Source of the DNA: Acidimicrobiales bacterium
GTDB lineage: Bacteria; Actinomycetota; Acidimicrobiia; Acidimicrobiales; Bin134
Assembly: GCA_965208785.1 (NCBI GenBank)
Contig: OZ242356.1
Location: 447,890 to 511,889 of the forward strand
Direction: 5' to 3'
Length of the DNA stretch: 64,000 bases
The notes beneath the pieces were generated by a model. The model saw nothing but the letters and a program-made list of their open reading frames with translations. It was not told the DNA's origin and did not search any database. Shown one piece after another: positions 37,438 to 47,377 of the stretch. The first letter of the stretch is position 1. The number at the start of each line of letters is the position of its first letter. The position numbers and the translations under genes were made by a program.

Positions 37438-39906
37438 GTGTCCGACGAGCCTGACATCCTGCCGGAGCCTGGGGAGACACCGGCGGGCGCAGTCCAGGAC
37501 ATCGACATACAAACCGAGATGGAGCAGTCCTTTCTGGACTACGCCATGTCGGTCATCACCGCTCGTGCGCTCCCCGATGTGCGCGATGGGCTGAAGCCGG
37601 TCCACCGCCGCATCCTGTGGGGGATGTACGACCAGGGCACCCGGCCCAATCGGCCGTATGTGAAGTGCGCCCGGGTGGTGGGCGATGTTATGGGGAAGTA
37701 CCACCCCCACGGAGACCAGGCCATTTACGATGCTCTGGTTCGGCTGGGGCAGGCCTTTTCGCTGCGGCATCCGCTGATCGATCCCCATGGGAACTTCGGT
37801 TCTCCCAACGATCCGCCGGCGGCCATGAGATACACGGAGTGCCGCCTCGACGAGTTGGCCATGAGGCTGTTGGACGGCATTGACGAGCAGACCGTCGATT
37901 TCTCCGACAACTTCGACTCCACCGAGCAGGAGCCGGTGGTATTGCCGTCGCGGTTCCCGAACCTTCTGGTGAACGGCAGCCAGGGCATAGCGGTGGGCAT
38001 GGCCACCAACATCCCGCCCCACAACCTCGGAGAAGTGATCGATGCCGTCATCCACCTGCTGGAGAACCCCGAGGCTGCCAACGAGAGCCTGATGGAATTC
38101 GTGAAGGGCCCGGATTTCCCCACACGGGGCCTCATCATGGGATACCAGGGCATTCGAGACGCCTACGCCACCGGCCAGGGCGCCATCAAGGTGCGAGCCG
38201 CTGCGGAGATCGCGGAGAGCGGTTCCAGCACCAGGATCGTGGTCACCGAGATTCCCTATCAGACCAGCGCGGAGACCATCGAGGAAAAGGTGGCCGATTT
38301 GGTGAACCGGCGCGTGATCGACGGAATTCGCCAGATACACAACGAGTCGGCCAAGGGCCAGACCAGGCTGGTATTCGAGTTGAAGCGGGACGCTCCCGCG
38401 TTGGTGGTGCTCAACAACCTCTACAAGCACTCCCCTTTGCAATCCAATTTCCCCGTGAACATGGTGGCGCTCGTCGACGGCGTGCCCCGGACCATGACGC
38501 TGCGCGACTGCTTGGCCGCCTACGCCGCCCACCAGCAAGAAGTGGTGCGGCGCCGGACCGAGTTCCGCTTGGACGAGGCTCGCCGCCGGGAGCACATCTT
38601 GGAGGGATTGGTGCGGGCGGTGGACAGGATCGACGAGATCATTGCCGCCATTCGAGCGTCGGAGAACCGGGCAGCAGCCCGGGCCACCCTGATGGGCGAG
38701 CAATTCGAGTTCAGCGAGATCCAGGCCAACCACATCCTGGATCTGCCCCTGGGCCGGCTCACTCAGCTCGGTCGCCAAGAACTGGGCGACGAGCTCGCTG
38801 AGAAGCGAGCACTCATCGTTGAGTTGGAAGCCATCTTGGCCGACGAGGCCAAACTTCGAGCCGTCATTCGAGAAGAGCTCTTGGAAGTGCGAGAGGCCTA
38901 TGCCACTGACCGGCGGACCCGGATCGTGGCTGACGAGGGCGACATCGACATCGAAGCGCTGATCGACGACGAGGACTTGATGTTCAGCCTGAGCGCGGCC
39001 GGGTACGCCAAGACCGTGACCCCCGATGAATTCAAGATCCAGGGGAGGGGGGGCAAGGGAGTCATCGGCGCCAACCTGAAGGACGGTGACTACATCGCCA
39101 CGCTGATCCACACCACTGCTCACGCCTACCTGATGTTCTTCACCAACATGGGCAGGGTTTACCGCATCAAGGCCCATGAAGTGCCCCGAACCAGTCGCAC
39201 GGCCCGGGGCATGGCCATTGTCAACCTGCTCCAGCTGGCGCCCGAGGAGACCGTTTCCGCGGTGATCGACACCCGGGATTACGAGACGATGCGGTACCTG
39301 CTCTTCGTCACCCGGCGGGGAGTGGTGAAGCGAACCCGGTTCTTGGAGTACGACAAGACCCGCTCCCGGGGGCTCATCGCCATCAACCTCCGGGAAGGCG
39401 ACGAGCTGGTGCGGGTGCTGCCCACCAGCGGGGCCGACGATATTTGCCTGGTGAGCGCGTCGGGCAAGCTCATGCGGTTCGAGGAGACCGAGGTGCGGGC
39501 CATGGGACGGAACGCAGCCGGCGTGTGGGGCATGAGACTGCAAGGTGACGATGTGGTGGTGGCGGCCAGCGCGGTGCAGCCCGGCGACGAGATGCTGCTG
39601 GTCACCGACCAGGGGTTCGGCAAGCGCACACCGCTGGATGAGTTCCGGGCCAAGCATCGGGGTGGCATGGGCATGCGGGCCATGAAGATGATGGACGGCC
39701 GGGGCACGGTGATCGCGGCGCGGGTGGTGGCCCCGACCGATGAGGTGTTCGTGGTGGCCTCCAACGGGGTGACAATCCGAATACCGGTTTCATCGGTTTC
39801 GTTGATGGGACGCGAGGCCGCGGGGGTGCGGGTGATGAGCTTGGCCGAAGACCATCTGGTGGCCGCGGTCGCCCCCGTTCTTTCCAGTGCAGAAGACGAG
39901 GAGTAG
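37438..39906 (+). CDS. gyrA: DNA gyrase subunit A
   Basis: DGLKPVHRR, YHPHGD, AAMRYTE, GyrA box QGRGGKG. Confidence 0.98.
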   Translation: MSDEPDILPEPGETPAGAVQDIDIQTEMEQSFLDYAMSVITARALPDVRDGLKPVHRRILWGMYDQGTRPNRPYVKCARVVGDVMGKYHPHGDQAIYDALVRLGQAFSLRHPLIDPHGNFGSPNDPPAAMRYTECRLDELAMRLLDGIDEQTVDFSDNFDSTEQEPVVLPSRFPNLLVNGSQGIAVGMATNIPPHNLGEVIDAVIHLLENPEAANESLMEFVKGPDFPTRGLIMGYQGIRDAYATGQGAIKVRAAAEIAESGSSTRIVVTEIPYQTSAETIEEKVADLVNRRVIDGIRQIHNESAKGQTRLVFELKRDAPALVVLNNLYKHSPLQSNFPVNMVALVDGVPRTMTLRDCLAAYAAHQQEVVRRRTEFRLDEARRREHILEGLVRAVDRIDEIIAAIRASENRAAARATLMGEQFEFSEIQANHILDLPLGRLTQLGRQELGDELAEKRALIVELEAILADEAKLRAVIREELLEVREAYATDRRTRIVADEGDIDIEALIDDEDLMFSLSAAGYAKTVTPDEFKIQGRGGKGVIGANLKDGDYIATLIHTTAHAYLMFFTNMGRVYRIKAHEVPRTSRTARGMAIVNLLQLAPEETVSAVIDTRDYETMRYLLFVTRRGVVKRTRFLEYDKTRSRGLIAINLREGDELVRVLPTSGADDICLVSASGKLMRFEETEVRAMGRNAAGVWGMRLQGDDVVVAASAVQPGDEMLLVTDQGFGKRTPLDEFRAKHRGGMGMRAMKMMDGRGTVIAARVVAPTDEVFVVASNGVTIRIPVSSVSLMGREAAGVRVMSLAEDHLVAAVAPVLSSAEDEE

Positions 39907-39954
39907 CCTTCCTCAAGCGAAACTTCCCCCTCCACATGGCGACGGAGCAGCGAA

Positions 39955-40323
39955 ATGGACGAGCGGGGATCGATCTCGCTTTTGGGCGTGGGAATCTTGG
40001 CGGTCATCGGGATGGCCGCGGTGCTGTTGGGTGATCTCGGGGCCGAAGCGGTTCGTAGCGCCCGGGCGACAGCGGTTGCAGATGTGGTTGCGATGGCCGC
40101 GGCCGTCGATCCGCTTACAGCCTCGAAGGTGGCCGCGGCCAACCGGGCAACGCTGGTTTCGTCGCTGAAAGAGGGCTTCCAAACCGAGGTTGTCGTGCGC
40201 AGGGACGGGACCACGGCAACAGCCAGAGCGGAGTTCCGCCCCCTTGGGTGGTGGCGGTGCCAATCACTTCCGACCAGCGATCCCGTACACTTCGGGGCGT
40301 GTCCATTGACCCCGGTCGGGTGA
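39955..40323 (+). CDS. Orphan TadE/Rv3654c-like pseudopilin
   Basis: MDERG|SISLLGVGILAV hydrophobic helix, ARATAVADVVAMAAA, ATARA. Confidence 0.6.
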   Translation: MDERGSISLLGVGILAVIGMAAVLLGDLGAEAVRSARATAVADVVAMAAAVDPLTASKVAAANRATLVSSLKEGFQTEVVVRRDGTTATARAEFRPLGWWRCQSLPTSDPVHFGACPLTPVG

Positions 40324-40829
40324 GCGACCCTCCTGTTGCGCCGCCGAGCCAGGCAGTGGCGCGCCAACCGGTGAAGGTCACCCCGAGGGAGTATCGCCGG
40401 GCCGTGCGATTGCAGGCTCGCAAGGTGCGCCGAGTGGTCCGGCACATTGAGCCCTGGTCGGTGTTGAAGATCTCGTTGATCTTCTACCTGTGCCTGTGGG
40501 TGATCGTGATGTTGGCCGCCGTGATGCTGTGGAGCATCGCGGTGGGATCGGGCACTGTGGACGACACCGAGTCGTTCATCGAGGAGCTGTTCGCGTTGCA
40601 GGAGTTCAAGTTCAACGCCAGCCAGATATTCCGCGGCTTTGCCATCGGCGGGTTGGTGCTGGTGGTGGCGGGCACGTTCTTCAACGTGCTGCTGTGCGTG
40701 CTCTTCAACCTCATCAGCGATCTGACCGGGGGGATGAGGGTCACGGTCATCGAGGAGGAGTCAGCCCGCCAGCGCCCTCGGACGCGCCCTCGGCGATTTC
40801 GTTGGCCTGCCTGGAATCCTCGCAAGTAG
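40320..40829 (+). CDS. DUF3566 membrane protein
   Basis: HIEPWSVLKISL, LFNLISDLTGG; conserved position after gyrA. Confidence 0.9.
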   Translation: MSDPPVAPPSQAVARQPVKVTPREYRRAVRLQARKVRRVVRHIEPWSVLKISLIFYLCLWVIVMLAAVMLWSIAVGSGTVDDTESFIEELFALQEFKFNASQIFRGFAIGGLVLVVAGTFFNVLLCVLFNLISDLTGGMRVTVIEEESARQRPRTRPRRFRWPAWNPRK

Positions 40830-40851
40830 GCTCTTCACTCGGTTTGGCTTT

Positions 40852-40925
<74 letters not shown>

Positions 40926-40975
40926 CGCTGTTCTGGCCAATCGGCCCGGTTGCATCTCTGGTGGGGAGGGTTACG

Positions 40976-41122
40976 ATGGAAGCCGTGAAGATTCTGCGGA
41001 GAGCGTTGGTTGCTCTGGCAGGGGCGGCCGCTATTGCGACTATTCTGCGTGCTCGGGGCACCGGGGGCGTACCGCCTCAGTCGGGCGGTTGGCGTCAGAT
41101 CAGCGGAACCAGCAAGTTCTGA
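40976..41122 (+). CDS. Small 48-aa membrane-associated protein (not in ORF track)
   Basis: GGGAGG RBS; MEAVKILRRALVALAGAAAIATILRARGTGGVPPQSGGWRQISGTSKF. Confidence 0.6.
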   Translation: MEAVKILRRALVALAGAAAIATILRARGTGGVPPQSGGWRQISGTSKF

Positions 41123-41141
41123 TCTGCGTTAGCAGAACTGC

Positions 41142-42116
41142 ATGGACGTCTTGGTTGTCGGTGCGGGTGTGGTCGGCGCCGGAGTGGCGAAGCGCTTGGC
41201 CGGCTCGTCGTCAGCTCCTATCGGACGGGTGGCGGTAGTCGACCGGAATCCGGACAGGGCCTGGCGTTTGTCCGAAAGGCAGGGCGCCCCGGCCGCAGCA
41301 GGCAGCCTTGACGACACGGCAGACATCGTGATTTTGGCCACTGCGTCTGGCAGCCAGGCTCGACTGGCCCAGCGGTTTCTCGGCAAGGCGCAGGTTGTGC
41401 TGGCCACATCTGACTCACTGGGTGATGTGAGACGGCTGTTGGGCATGAATGGAGCAGTCCGGCAGCGAAACTCGCTGGTCGTTGCCGGGGTGGGAATGGC
41501 GCCTGGGCTGAGCGACGTTCTGGCTGTACGGGCCGCTGCGGACCTCGACCGGGTGACCGAGGTGCATGTGGCCAAGTTCGGCACCGGAGGACCGGCTTGC
41601 GCCCGCCAGCACCACAAGGCCTTGGGGTCGCTGGCCTTGGAGTGGCGGGGTGGGTGGAGGCAGCGACCGGGGGGCTCAGGCCGGGAGCTTTGCTGGTTTC
41701 CGGGACCGGTGGATGCGGCCGATTGCTATCGAGCGGCATTGCCCGACCCGCTGCTGCTGGCCCGGAAGTTCAACCGGGCTGATCGGATCACCGCTCGGAT
41801 GGCGGCCACGAGGCGGGACCGCTTCAGCTCTTGGCTGCCGATGCTGAGGCCGCCGCACCCTGAGGGGAGGCTCGGTGCGATAAGGGTTGAAGTGCGGGGG
41901 CAGAAGGGCCAAGCGTGGGTGGGGCGGATTCTGGGGGCGTCGGCACCGCCGGGTTTTGCGACCGCGGCGGTGGTGACAAGTGTGGTCAAGCTGATCGGGT
42001 CGGGGAAAGTTGACGGGGCCGGGGTGATGGGGCTTTCCGAGATTGTGGATGCGGGGGAGTTTTTGCGCGTTCTTGAGGGGCAAGGGATTGTTTGCGAGGA
42101 GTTCTCTGGACCTTAG
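41142..42116 (+). CDS. NAD(P)-binding oxidoreductase, saccharopine-dehydrogenase-like
   Basis: VVGAGVVG Rossmann motif, GVGMAPGLSDVLA. Confidence 0.65.
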   Translation: MDVLVVGAGVVGAGVAKRLAGSSSAPIGRVAVVDRNPDRAWRLSERQGAPAAAGSLDDTADIVILATASGSQARLAQRFLGKAQVVLATSDSLGDVRRLLGMNGAVRQRNSLVVAGVGMAPGLSDVLAVRAAADLDRVTEVHVAKFGTGGPACARQHHKALGSLALEWRGGWRQRPGGSGRELCWFPGPVDAADCYRAALPDPLLLARKFNRADRITARMAATRRDRFSSWLPMLRPPHPEGRLGAIRVEVRGQKGQAWVGRILGASAPPGFATAAVVTSVVKLIGSGKVDGAGVMGLSEIVDAGEFLRVLEGQGIVCEEFSGP

Positions 42117-42155
42117 GGCCTGCGGTCCACGGTCTTGCCTGCCGTTCTTGTTCTT

Positions 42156-42977
42156 TCAACCGTTATTTTGCAGGAGAGCCCTCAGCTCCTCGTGGATGGT
42201 TCCGTTGGTGGCGAGCCAGTGGCCGGCCTCAGGGGTGGTGGATCCGCTCCATTGGGTGATCTGGCCGCCGGCTTCAGGGACAATGACCATCATCGGGGCG
42301 ATGTCCCAGAGGTTGAGGCCGGGGTCGATCATGGCCTCGGTCCGGCCGGTGGCCACCAAGACGTAGCCGTAGCCGTCTCCCCAGGTCCGCATCCTGGCCT
42401 CGGTTCGGCTCACCCGGTCGAAGGCGCCTTCGGGCCACCATTCGAAGCCCGATGCACACAGGTACGATCGGCTCAGCTCGGCCTGCAAACTGACCTGGCA
42501 GCGGCGACCGTTGTGATAGCAGCCCAGTCCTCGGCCCGCCCATACCGCTTCGTCGAGAGGGGGGACGGCCGCCACACCGATAGCGGGGCCTTGTTGGTCG
42601 AACATGGCCAACAAGGTGGTGTACAGGGGCACGCCGCGCACAAAGCTCCGGGTGCCGTCGACAGGGTCGATGATCCATGTTCGCCCCGATGTCCCCTGCT
42701 CGTCGGGGAACTCCTCGCCGATAACGGCGTCGTCGGGGAACCTGTTGGCCAGATTCTCTCGGAGAAACGATTCCGCGGCCTTGTCGGCATCGGTCACCGG
42801 CGAGCCGTCGTCCTTGCGGTCCACCGACAGCTCGTGATCGTTGAACCAGTTCAGCGTCAACTCCCCGGCTTGGCGAGCCAGGTGGACTGCTTCGTCCAGC
42901 AGTTCGGCGGAAACCGAACCGGGATCGGCCGGCAGTGGCGCCGGTTGTGCCAACGGCCCAGGCGCCGGCCGGTCCAT
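42156..42977 (-). CDS. hisN: Histidinol-phosphatase / inositol monophosphatase family
   Basis: KDDGSPVTDAD, GEE, WIIDPVDGT, WGDGYGY, LWDIAP. Confidence 0.8.
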   Translation of the reverse strand: MDRPAPGPLAQPAPLPADPGSVSAELLDEAVHLARQAGELTLNWFNDHELSVDRKDDGSPVTDADKAAESFLRENLANRFPDDAVIGEEFPDEQGTSGRTWIIDPVDGTRSFVRGVPLYTTLLAMFDQQGPAIGVAAVPPLDEAVWAGRGLGCYHNGRRCQVSLQAELSRSYLCASGFEWWPEGAFDRVSRTEARMRTWGDGYGYVLVATGRTEAMIDPGLNLWDIAPMMVIVPEAGGQITQWSGSTTPEAGHWLATNGTIHEELRALLQNNG

Positions 42978-44209
42978 CAGCCCAGGATGCCCTGGTCCCG
43001 AAGGGCGGCCAGCCGGTCTTCGCCCAGTCCCAGCACTTCGCCCAGCACCTCGTCGGTTTGCTGGCCGACAGTGGGGGCATGGGTGGGCACGGGGAGTTCC
43101 TCGTCGAAGAACTTGACGGGAAGGGGGAGCTGCTCGCAGCCGAGCTGTTCGGTGGTGAACAGCGGCATCCGGTCTTGGAACTGTGGGTCGTCGACCACGT
43201 TCTTGGCGTTGTTCACCGGGGCGATGGGGGTGTTGACGCGGTCGCCGAACTCCAGCCACTCCGCGCTGGTCTTGGTGCGGAAGACGTCGCGCAGCTCCCG
43301 GTGCAATTCCAAGTTGCCCCGGGCATGGTCGGCGTACTTGGACCCCGGCCAGCGGTCGAACAGGTCCATCCGGTCGAGGGCTTCGCAGAAGTTGCGCCAG
43401 AAAGCCTGCTCAGAGGCCATGAACAGCACATGGCCGTCCGACGACTCGTACATCTGGTAGCGGACGCCCTCCCACATGCCGGCCAAGCCCGGTGCTCGGC
43501 GCTCATAGTCGTCAGCCGGATTGCCGGTCACCTCGTCTTCGGGCCGCTCATAGGCCTTCCACGTCTCGATGCGGTACCAGTCCATGTAAGCAGCCGCGTC
43601 GGACTGGGCGAGCTCGAGTCGACATCCCTCTCCGGTCTCCCGAGCCCGGACAATCCCCGCGAGAAGGGCGAACGCGCCGATGAGCGGCGCGATGTTGATG
43701 CCGACGTTGGGCATCTCCGGGATGCGGCAGAAGCCGTCGTCGTCGTACACGGGAGGAATGAGCCCGGCCCACGTGTCATAGGCGATCCCGTGGCTGGGCA
43801 TGTCCTTGTACGGGCCGGTCATGCCATAGCCGCTGATGGTGGCGAACACGATCTTGGGGTTCACCTCCTTGAGCTGCTCGTAGCCCAGGCCTCGCCGCTC
43901 CAGCGCTCCCGGTCTCATGGCCTCGACCACGGCATCGGCACTGCGGGCCAGATCCAGGTACAGCTCCACCCCTTCGGGCTGGCGGAGGTCGAGCACGATG
44001 CTGCGCTTGCCCCGGTGCGTGTGCAGATGCAGCAGCGAGACCCCGTTGACAATGGGCCAGGTCATCTGGCGGATGTAATCGCCCTGAGGTGGCTCGACCT
44101 TGATGACATCGGCGCCAAGATCGGACAGGAATGTGGTGAGAAAACCCGGTCCGAGCAGCGAACTCTCAATGACCCGAACCCCGGCCAGCGGCGGCATTGA
44201 GGGGCTCAT
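42977..44209 (-). CDS. CaiB/BaiF class III CoA-transferase
   Basis: DLGADVIKVEPPQGD, GKRSIVLDL, ISGYGMTGP, APTVGQQTDEVL. Confidence 0.92.
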   Translation of the reverse strand: MSPSMPPLAGVRVIESSLLGPGFLTTFLSDLGADVIKVEPPQGDYIRQMTWPIVNGVSLLHLHTHRGKRSIVLDLRQPEGVELYLDLARSADAVVEAMRPGALERRGLGYEQLKEVNPKIVFATISGYGMTGPYKDMPSHGIAYDTWAGLIPPVYDDDGFCRIPEMPNVGINIAPLIGAFALLAGIVRARETGEGCRLELAQSDAAAYMDWYRIETWKAYERPEDEVTGNPADDYERRAPGLAGMWEGVRYQMYESSDGHVLFMASEQAFWRNFCEALDRMDLFDRWPGSKYADHARGNLELHRELRDVFRTKTSAEWLEFGDRVNTPIAPVNNAKNVVDDPQFQDRMPLFTTEQLGCEQLPLPVKFFDEELPVPTHAPTVGQQTDEVLGEVLGLGEDRLAALRDQGILG

Positions 44210-44919
44210 GCCTGCATTCCTCCGTCGACTCGGATAACGATCCCGTTGCAGTAGCTGGCGTCGTCGCTGGCCAAAAAGGCGAATGCCGCGGCCAGCTCTG
44301 AGGGGTTGGCCGGCCGCTCAAAGGGGAGAATACGAGACATGATGGTGAGGTCGACGTCTTCGGGCGGGGTGAACTGCTCGGCAATGGGAGTATCGACACC
44401 GCCGGGGGCGATGCAGTTCACCCGGATCCCCGACCGGCCGTTGGTGATGGCCATGGTCTGGGTGAGGGCGATCACCCCGCCCTTGGAGGCCGAATATGCG
44501 GAACTCCAAGGTTGGGCGTTGGTGCCCGCGGTGGAGGCGGTGTTGACGATGCTGCCCTGGGATTCGAGCAAGTGGGGCAAACAGGCTTGGGACATGAAGA
44601 AGGTGCCGGTGAGGTTCACGCCGATCACCCGGTTCCAGGCTTCAGCGGTTTCATCCTCGTCACGGGCAAAATGACCGAGACCGGCGATGTTGCACAGCAC
44701 ATCGATGCGACCATGGGCATCAACCGCTTGGGCGACGGCGGGGCCGATTGCGTCGAGGTCGAGCAGGTCGAGTTGGATGGTCATGTCGACGTCGGTGACT
44801 GGATTCCGGTCGATGCCCACAACTGTTCCGCCCTCTGATCGGAGCCGAGCAGCCGTGGCCTGACCGATGCCGGAAGCGGCGCCAGTAACGATGGCGACCT
44901 TGTTTTCGAATCGCTTCAT
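44206..44919 (-). CDS. SDR family oxidoreductase
   Basis: TGAASGIG, YSASK, RVNCIAPG, VDGG. Confidence 0.95.
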   Translation of the reverse strand: MKRFENKVAIVTGAASGIGQATAARLRSEGGTVVGIDRNPVTDVDMTIQLDLLDLDAIGPAVAQAVDAHGRIDVLCNIAGLGHFARDEDETAEAWNRVIGVNLTGTFFMSQACLPHLLESQGSIVNTASTAGTNAQPWSSAYSASKGGVIALTQTMAITNGRSGIRVNCIAPGGVDTPIAEQFTPPEDVDLTIMSRILPFERPANPSELAAAFAFLASDDASYCNGIVIRVDGGMQA

Positions 44920-44933
44920 GCCCCAAGCATGGC

Positions 44934-45419
44934 CTATTGGATCGGTCGGCGATGTATCAGAGCAGTGCGCACGGCCCTGCAAACCAAGATCTCGGTGCTC
45001 ACCGAGTAGGCTCGATGCTCAAGGGTGACCACCCCCTGGGCGGGCCGGGACTGGGACGGGCGGGCCTCCAGCACCTCGGTTTCCACTCTGATGGTGTCGC
45101 CGGGGAACACGGGGGCGCCGAAGACGACCTCTGTGAATCCCAGATTGGCCACAGTGGTCCCCATGGTCGTCTCGTGGACGCTGATTCCCACTGCCAGTCC
45201 CAGTGTGAGCATGGAGTTCACCAGCGGCTGGCCGAACTCAGTGCCCGCGGCGTAGTCGGCATCGAGATGAATGGGCGCGGGGTTCATGGTCATGGTGGTG
45301 AAGGCCACGTTGTCGGCCTCGGTGATCGTGCGGCGAATGGCGTGGTGGACAATCAGCCCCGGGGTCAGCTCCTCGAACCAAAGGCCGGTGACAGGACGAG
45401 CGGTTTGGTGGTCGGCCAC
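44934..45419 (-). CDS. MaoC family dehydratase
   Basis: [27 protein letters not shown]. Confidence 0.9.
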   Translation of the reverse strand: MADHQTARPVTGLWFEELTPGLIVHHAIRRTITEADNVAFTTMTMNPAPIHLDADYAAGTEFGQPLVNSMLTLGLAVGISVHETTMGTTVANLGFTEVVFGAPVFPGDTIRVETEVLEARPSQSRPAQGVVTLEHRAYSVSTEILVCRAVRTALIHRRPIQ

Positions 45420-45429
45420 AGCGAGAAAA

Positions 45430-46062
45430 TCAACCGCTGGAATTGGCCGCCACAGTTCGGGCGGGCGCCTCAATGATTCCCGCCAACATGTCCACCAGGT
45501 TATCGGCATACACATCGTCGGGAGTGGGCAGGGGATCGCCTGCTTCGGTGCGGCGGGCTCGCTCGGCCAGAGAGGCAGTCATGAGCTGTATCATGCCCAG
45601 CACCCGCTCGTCGCGCTGGCATTTGTCGCCGACCGCGGCCTGGTCGCGCAGCAGGCGCAGGATGGCGTTGAGATTGGCCGGAACGTGGGTGGGATCGAAG
45701 TCCCAGCGGCTGAACTCGGCGCTGAGCTGGGCCACAATGCGCAGATAGCACCGCCCGCTGGAGGTGGACAGTCGCCGGGTGAGAGGCTGGATCAGGGCTT
45801 CGATGAGGCCCACGGTGCAGTCGTCGTCCAAGGTGGCCCACACATCGCCTCGGTCTTGGTCGATGGGCTCGCCGTGTTCTTTCAGGATGGCATCGAGCAC
45901 CCCCCGACGGGAGCCGAAATGGTATGTGAGGGCTGAGCTGTTCTTTTGGCCGGCGGAGGCCACGATGTCTTGCACTCGCACCCGCCAGATGCCCTGCTCG
46001 GCGAACAGCCGCTCGGCTTCGGCGATCAGCCGGCTCCGAGTCTCAGTGGCATCGCGCGGCAC
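45430..46062 (-). CDS. TetR family transcriptional regulator
   Basis: AERLFAEQG...[18 protein letters not shown]. Confidence 0.9.
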   Translation of the reverse strand: MPRDATETRSRLIAEAERLFAEQGIWRVRVQDIVASAGQKNSSALTYHFGSRRGVLDAILKEHGEPIDQDRGDVWATLDDDCTVGLIEALIQPLTRRLSTSSGRCYLRIVAQLSAEFSRWDFDPTHVPANLNAILRLLRDQAAVGDKCQRDERVLGMIQLMTASLAERARRTEAGDPLPTPDDVYADNLVDMLAGIIEAPARTVAANSSG

Positions 46063-46074
46063 AGACGCTACCCC

Positions 46075-47307
46075 TCAATCCTTTGGCTGCTTGCCGTGGC
46101 CTAGGGGCAGCAGGGCGGTGTCGGGGATGAGCTCCACGTTGATGCCTTCGGGCAGCGGGAATTGGAAGTCGGGATACCGTCGTTGGGCAGTGGCCCGGTA
46201 GTGGTCGGTGGAGTGGACCGGGTCGGGGTCGTACTCGGGGATCACCTTGGTGCCGAACACCTCGAGCATCTCGCTGATCTCGTCGTGTTCCATGCCTTCG
46301 CCGGGCAGGCCGAACACCACTTGATCGCAGCCCACCGTCTGATAGCGGGCAACCTGCTCGCACACTTCTTCGGCGTTGCCGCACAGCATGTAGCCGCCGG
46401 CGATGGCCCCGTCGAGCATCTCGTCGGTCCACTCGATCTGGGTGGGGGCGGAAGGCCAGGTAATGGCATCCGGGGATTTGGGCATGGTGTCGTGGTAGAG
46501 ATTCACCATCGTGACCAGATAACCCCGTCCCTGAGCCTTGGCGATCTCCCGGGCCCGATCCCGGTCTTCCAGGCAGATTACGGCGTTGGTCATCATCACG
46601 TTGTCGTTCTTGAACTGGCCGATCTGCTCCTCCGGGCTCTGGATGGCCTCCTTGTAGGCGTCTATCCGCCCCCGGAGGTTGAAGATGGGCTCGAAGTTGA
46701 ACGCGATCGCGCCGATGCCCAGCGAGCCGGCCTTGGCGAACGTGGGGGGGTTGCCGCACGCCACCCAGATGGGAGGATGCCCGTGGCCGTAGGGCTTAGG
46801 CAGCACGTTGTGGGGTTTGGGAACCGAGAAGTGCTCGCCCTCAAAGCAGTAGTCGCGCTGTTCCCACATACGGGGGATTTCTCGGATGACCTCGTCCCAC
46901 ATTGATTTGGTCTCGGGCGGGGTCAGCCCGCCGAAGGTGGCGACTTCGTGGCTGCCCGCCCCCCGGCCGGTGCCGAACTCAAAGCGGTTTCCCGTGATGT
47001 GGTCGAGCATGGCGGCCCGTTCGGCGATGCGCACCGGGTGCTCCTTGGCGGTGGGCAGGCTGGTGATGCCGGTGGAGAGGTGAATGCGCTCAGTTTGTGC
47101 GGCCACATAGCCCATGACCGGGGCGGGGGCCGACAAGTGGCTGTACTCGGTGAGGCAGTGGTGCTCGCCGAACCAGGCGTATTTCCAGTTGTACTTGTCA
47201 GCGGTGATCACGTAGTGGGCTTCCCTCATCAAAGCGGTGTGTTCTGCCTCAGTGTCATGAGCTGCTGGCCCGGGAATGTAGCCGTTGACGAAAATGCCGA
47301 ATTCCAT
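46075..47307 (-). CDS. LLM class flavin-dependent oxidoreductase
   Basis: WFGEHH, HPVRIAERAAMLDH, FGTGRG, PKP..HPPIW. Confidence 0.92.
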   Translation of the reverse strand: MEFGIFVNGYIPGPAAHDTEAEHTALMREAHYVITADKYNWKYAWFGEHHCLTEYSHLSAPAPVMGYVAAQTERIHLSTGITSLPTAKEHPVRIAERAAMLDHITGNRFEFGTGRGAGSHEVATFGGLTPPETKSMWDEVIREIPRMWEQRDYCFEGEHFSVPKPHNVLPKPYGHGHPPIWVACGNPPTFAKAGSLGIGAIAFNFEPIFNLRGRIDAYKEAIQSPEEQIGQFKNDNVMMTNAVICLEDRDRAREIAKAQGRGYLVTMVNLYHDTMPKSPDAITWPSAPTQIEWTDEMLDGAIAGGYMLCGNAEEVCEQVARYQTVGCDQVVFGLPGEGMEHDEISEMLEVFGTKVIPEYDPDPVHSTDHYRATAQRRYPDFQFPLPEGINVELIPDTALLPLGHGKQPKD

Positions 47308-47348
47308 GGTCTTCTCCGCATCCGGTGGGGTGACGATGACGGAGCAAA

Positions 47349-47376
47349 TCTAATGGAATATATTAGAACCGGTCAA
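47349..47376 (-). promoter_or_regulatory. Sigma70-type promoter with overlapping palindromic operator
   Basis: TTGACC -35 with TAGATT -10; TCTAAT-N7-ATTAGA palindrome at 47349-47367. Confidence 0.65.
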
Positions 47377-47377
47377 A

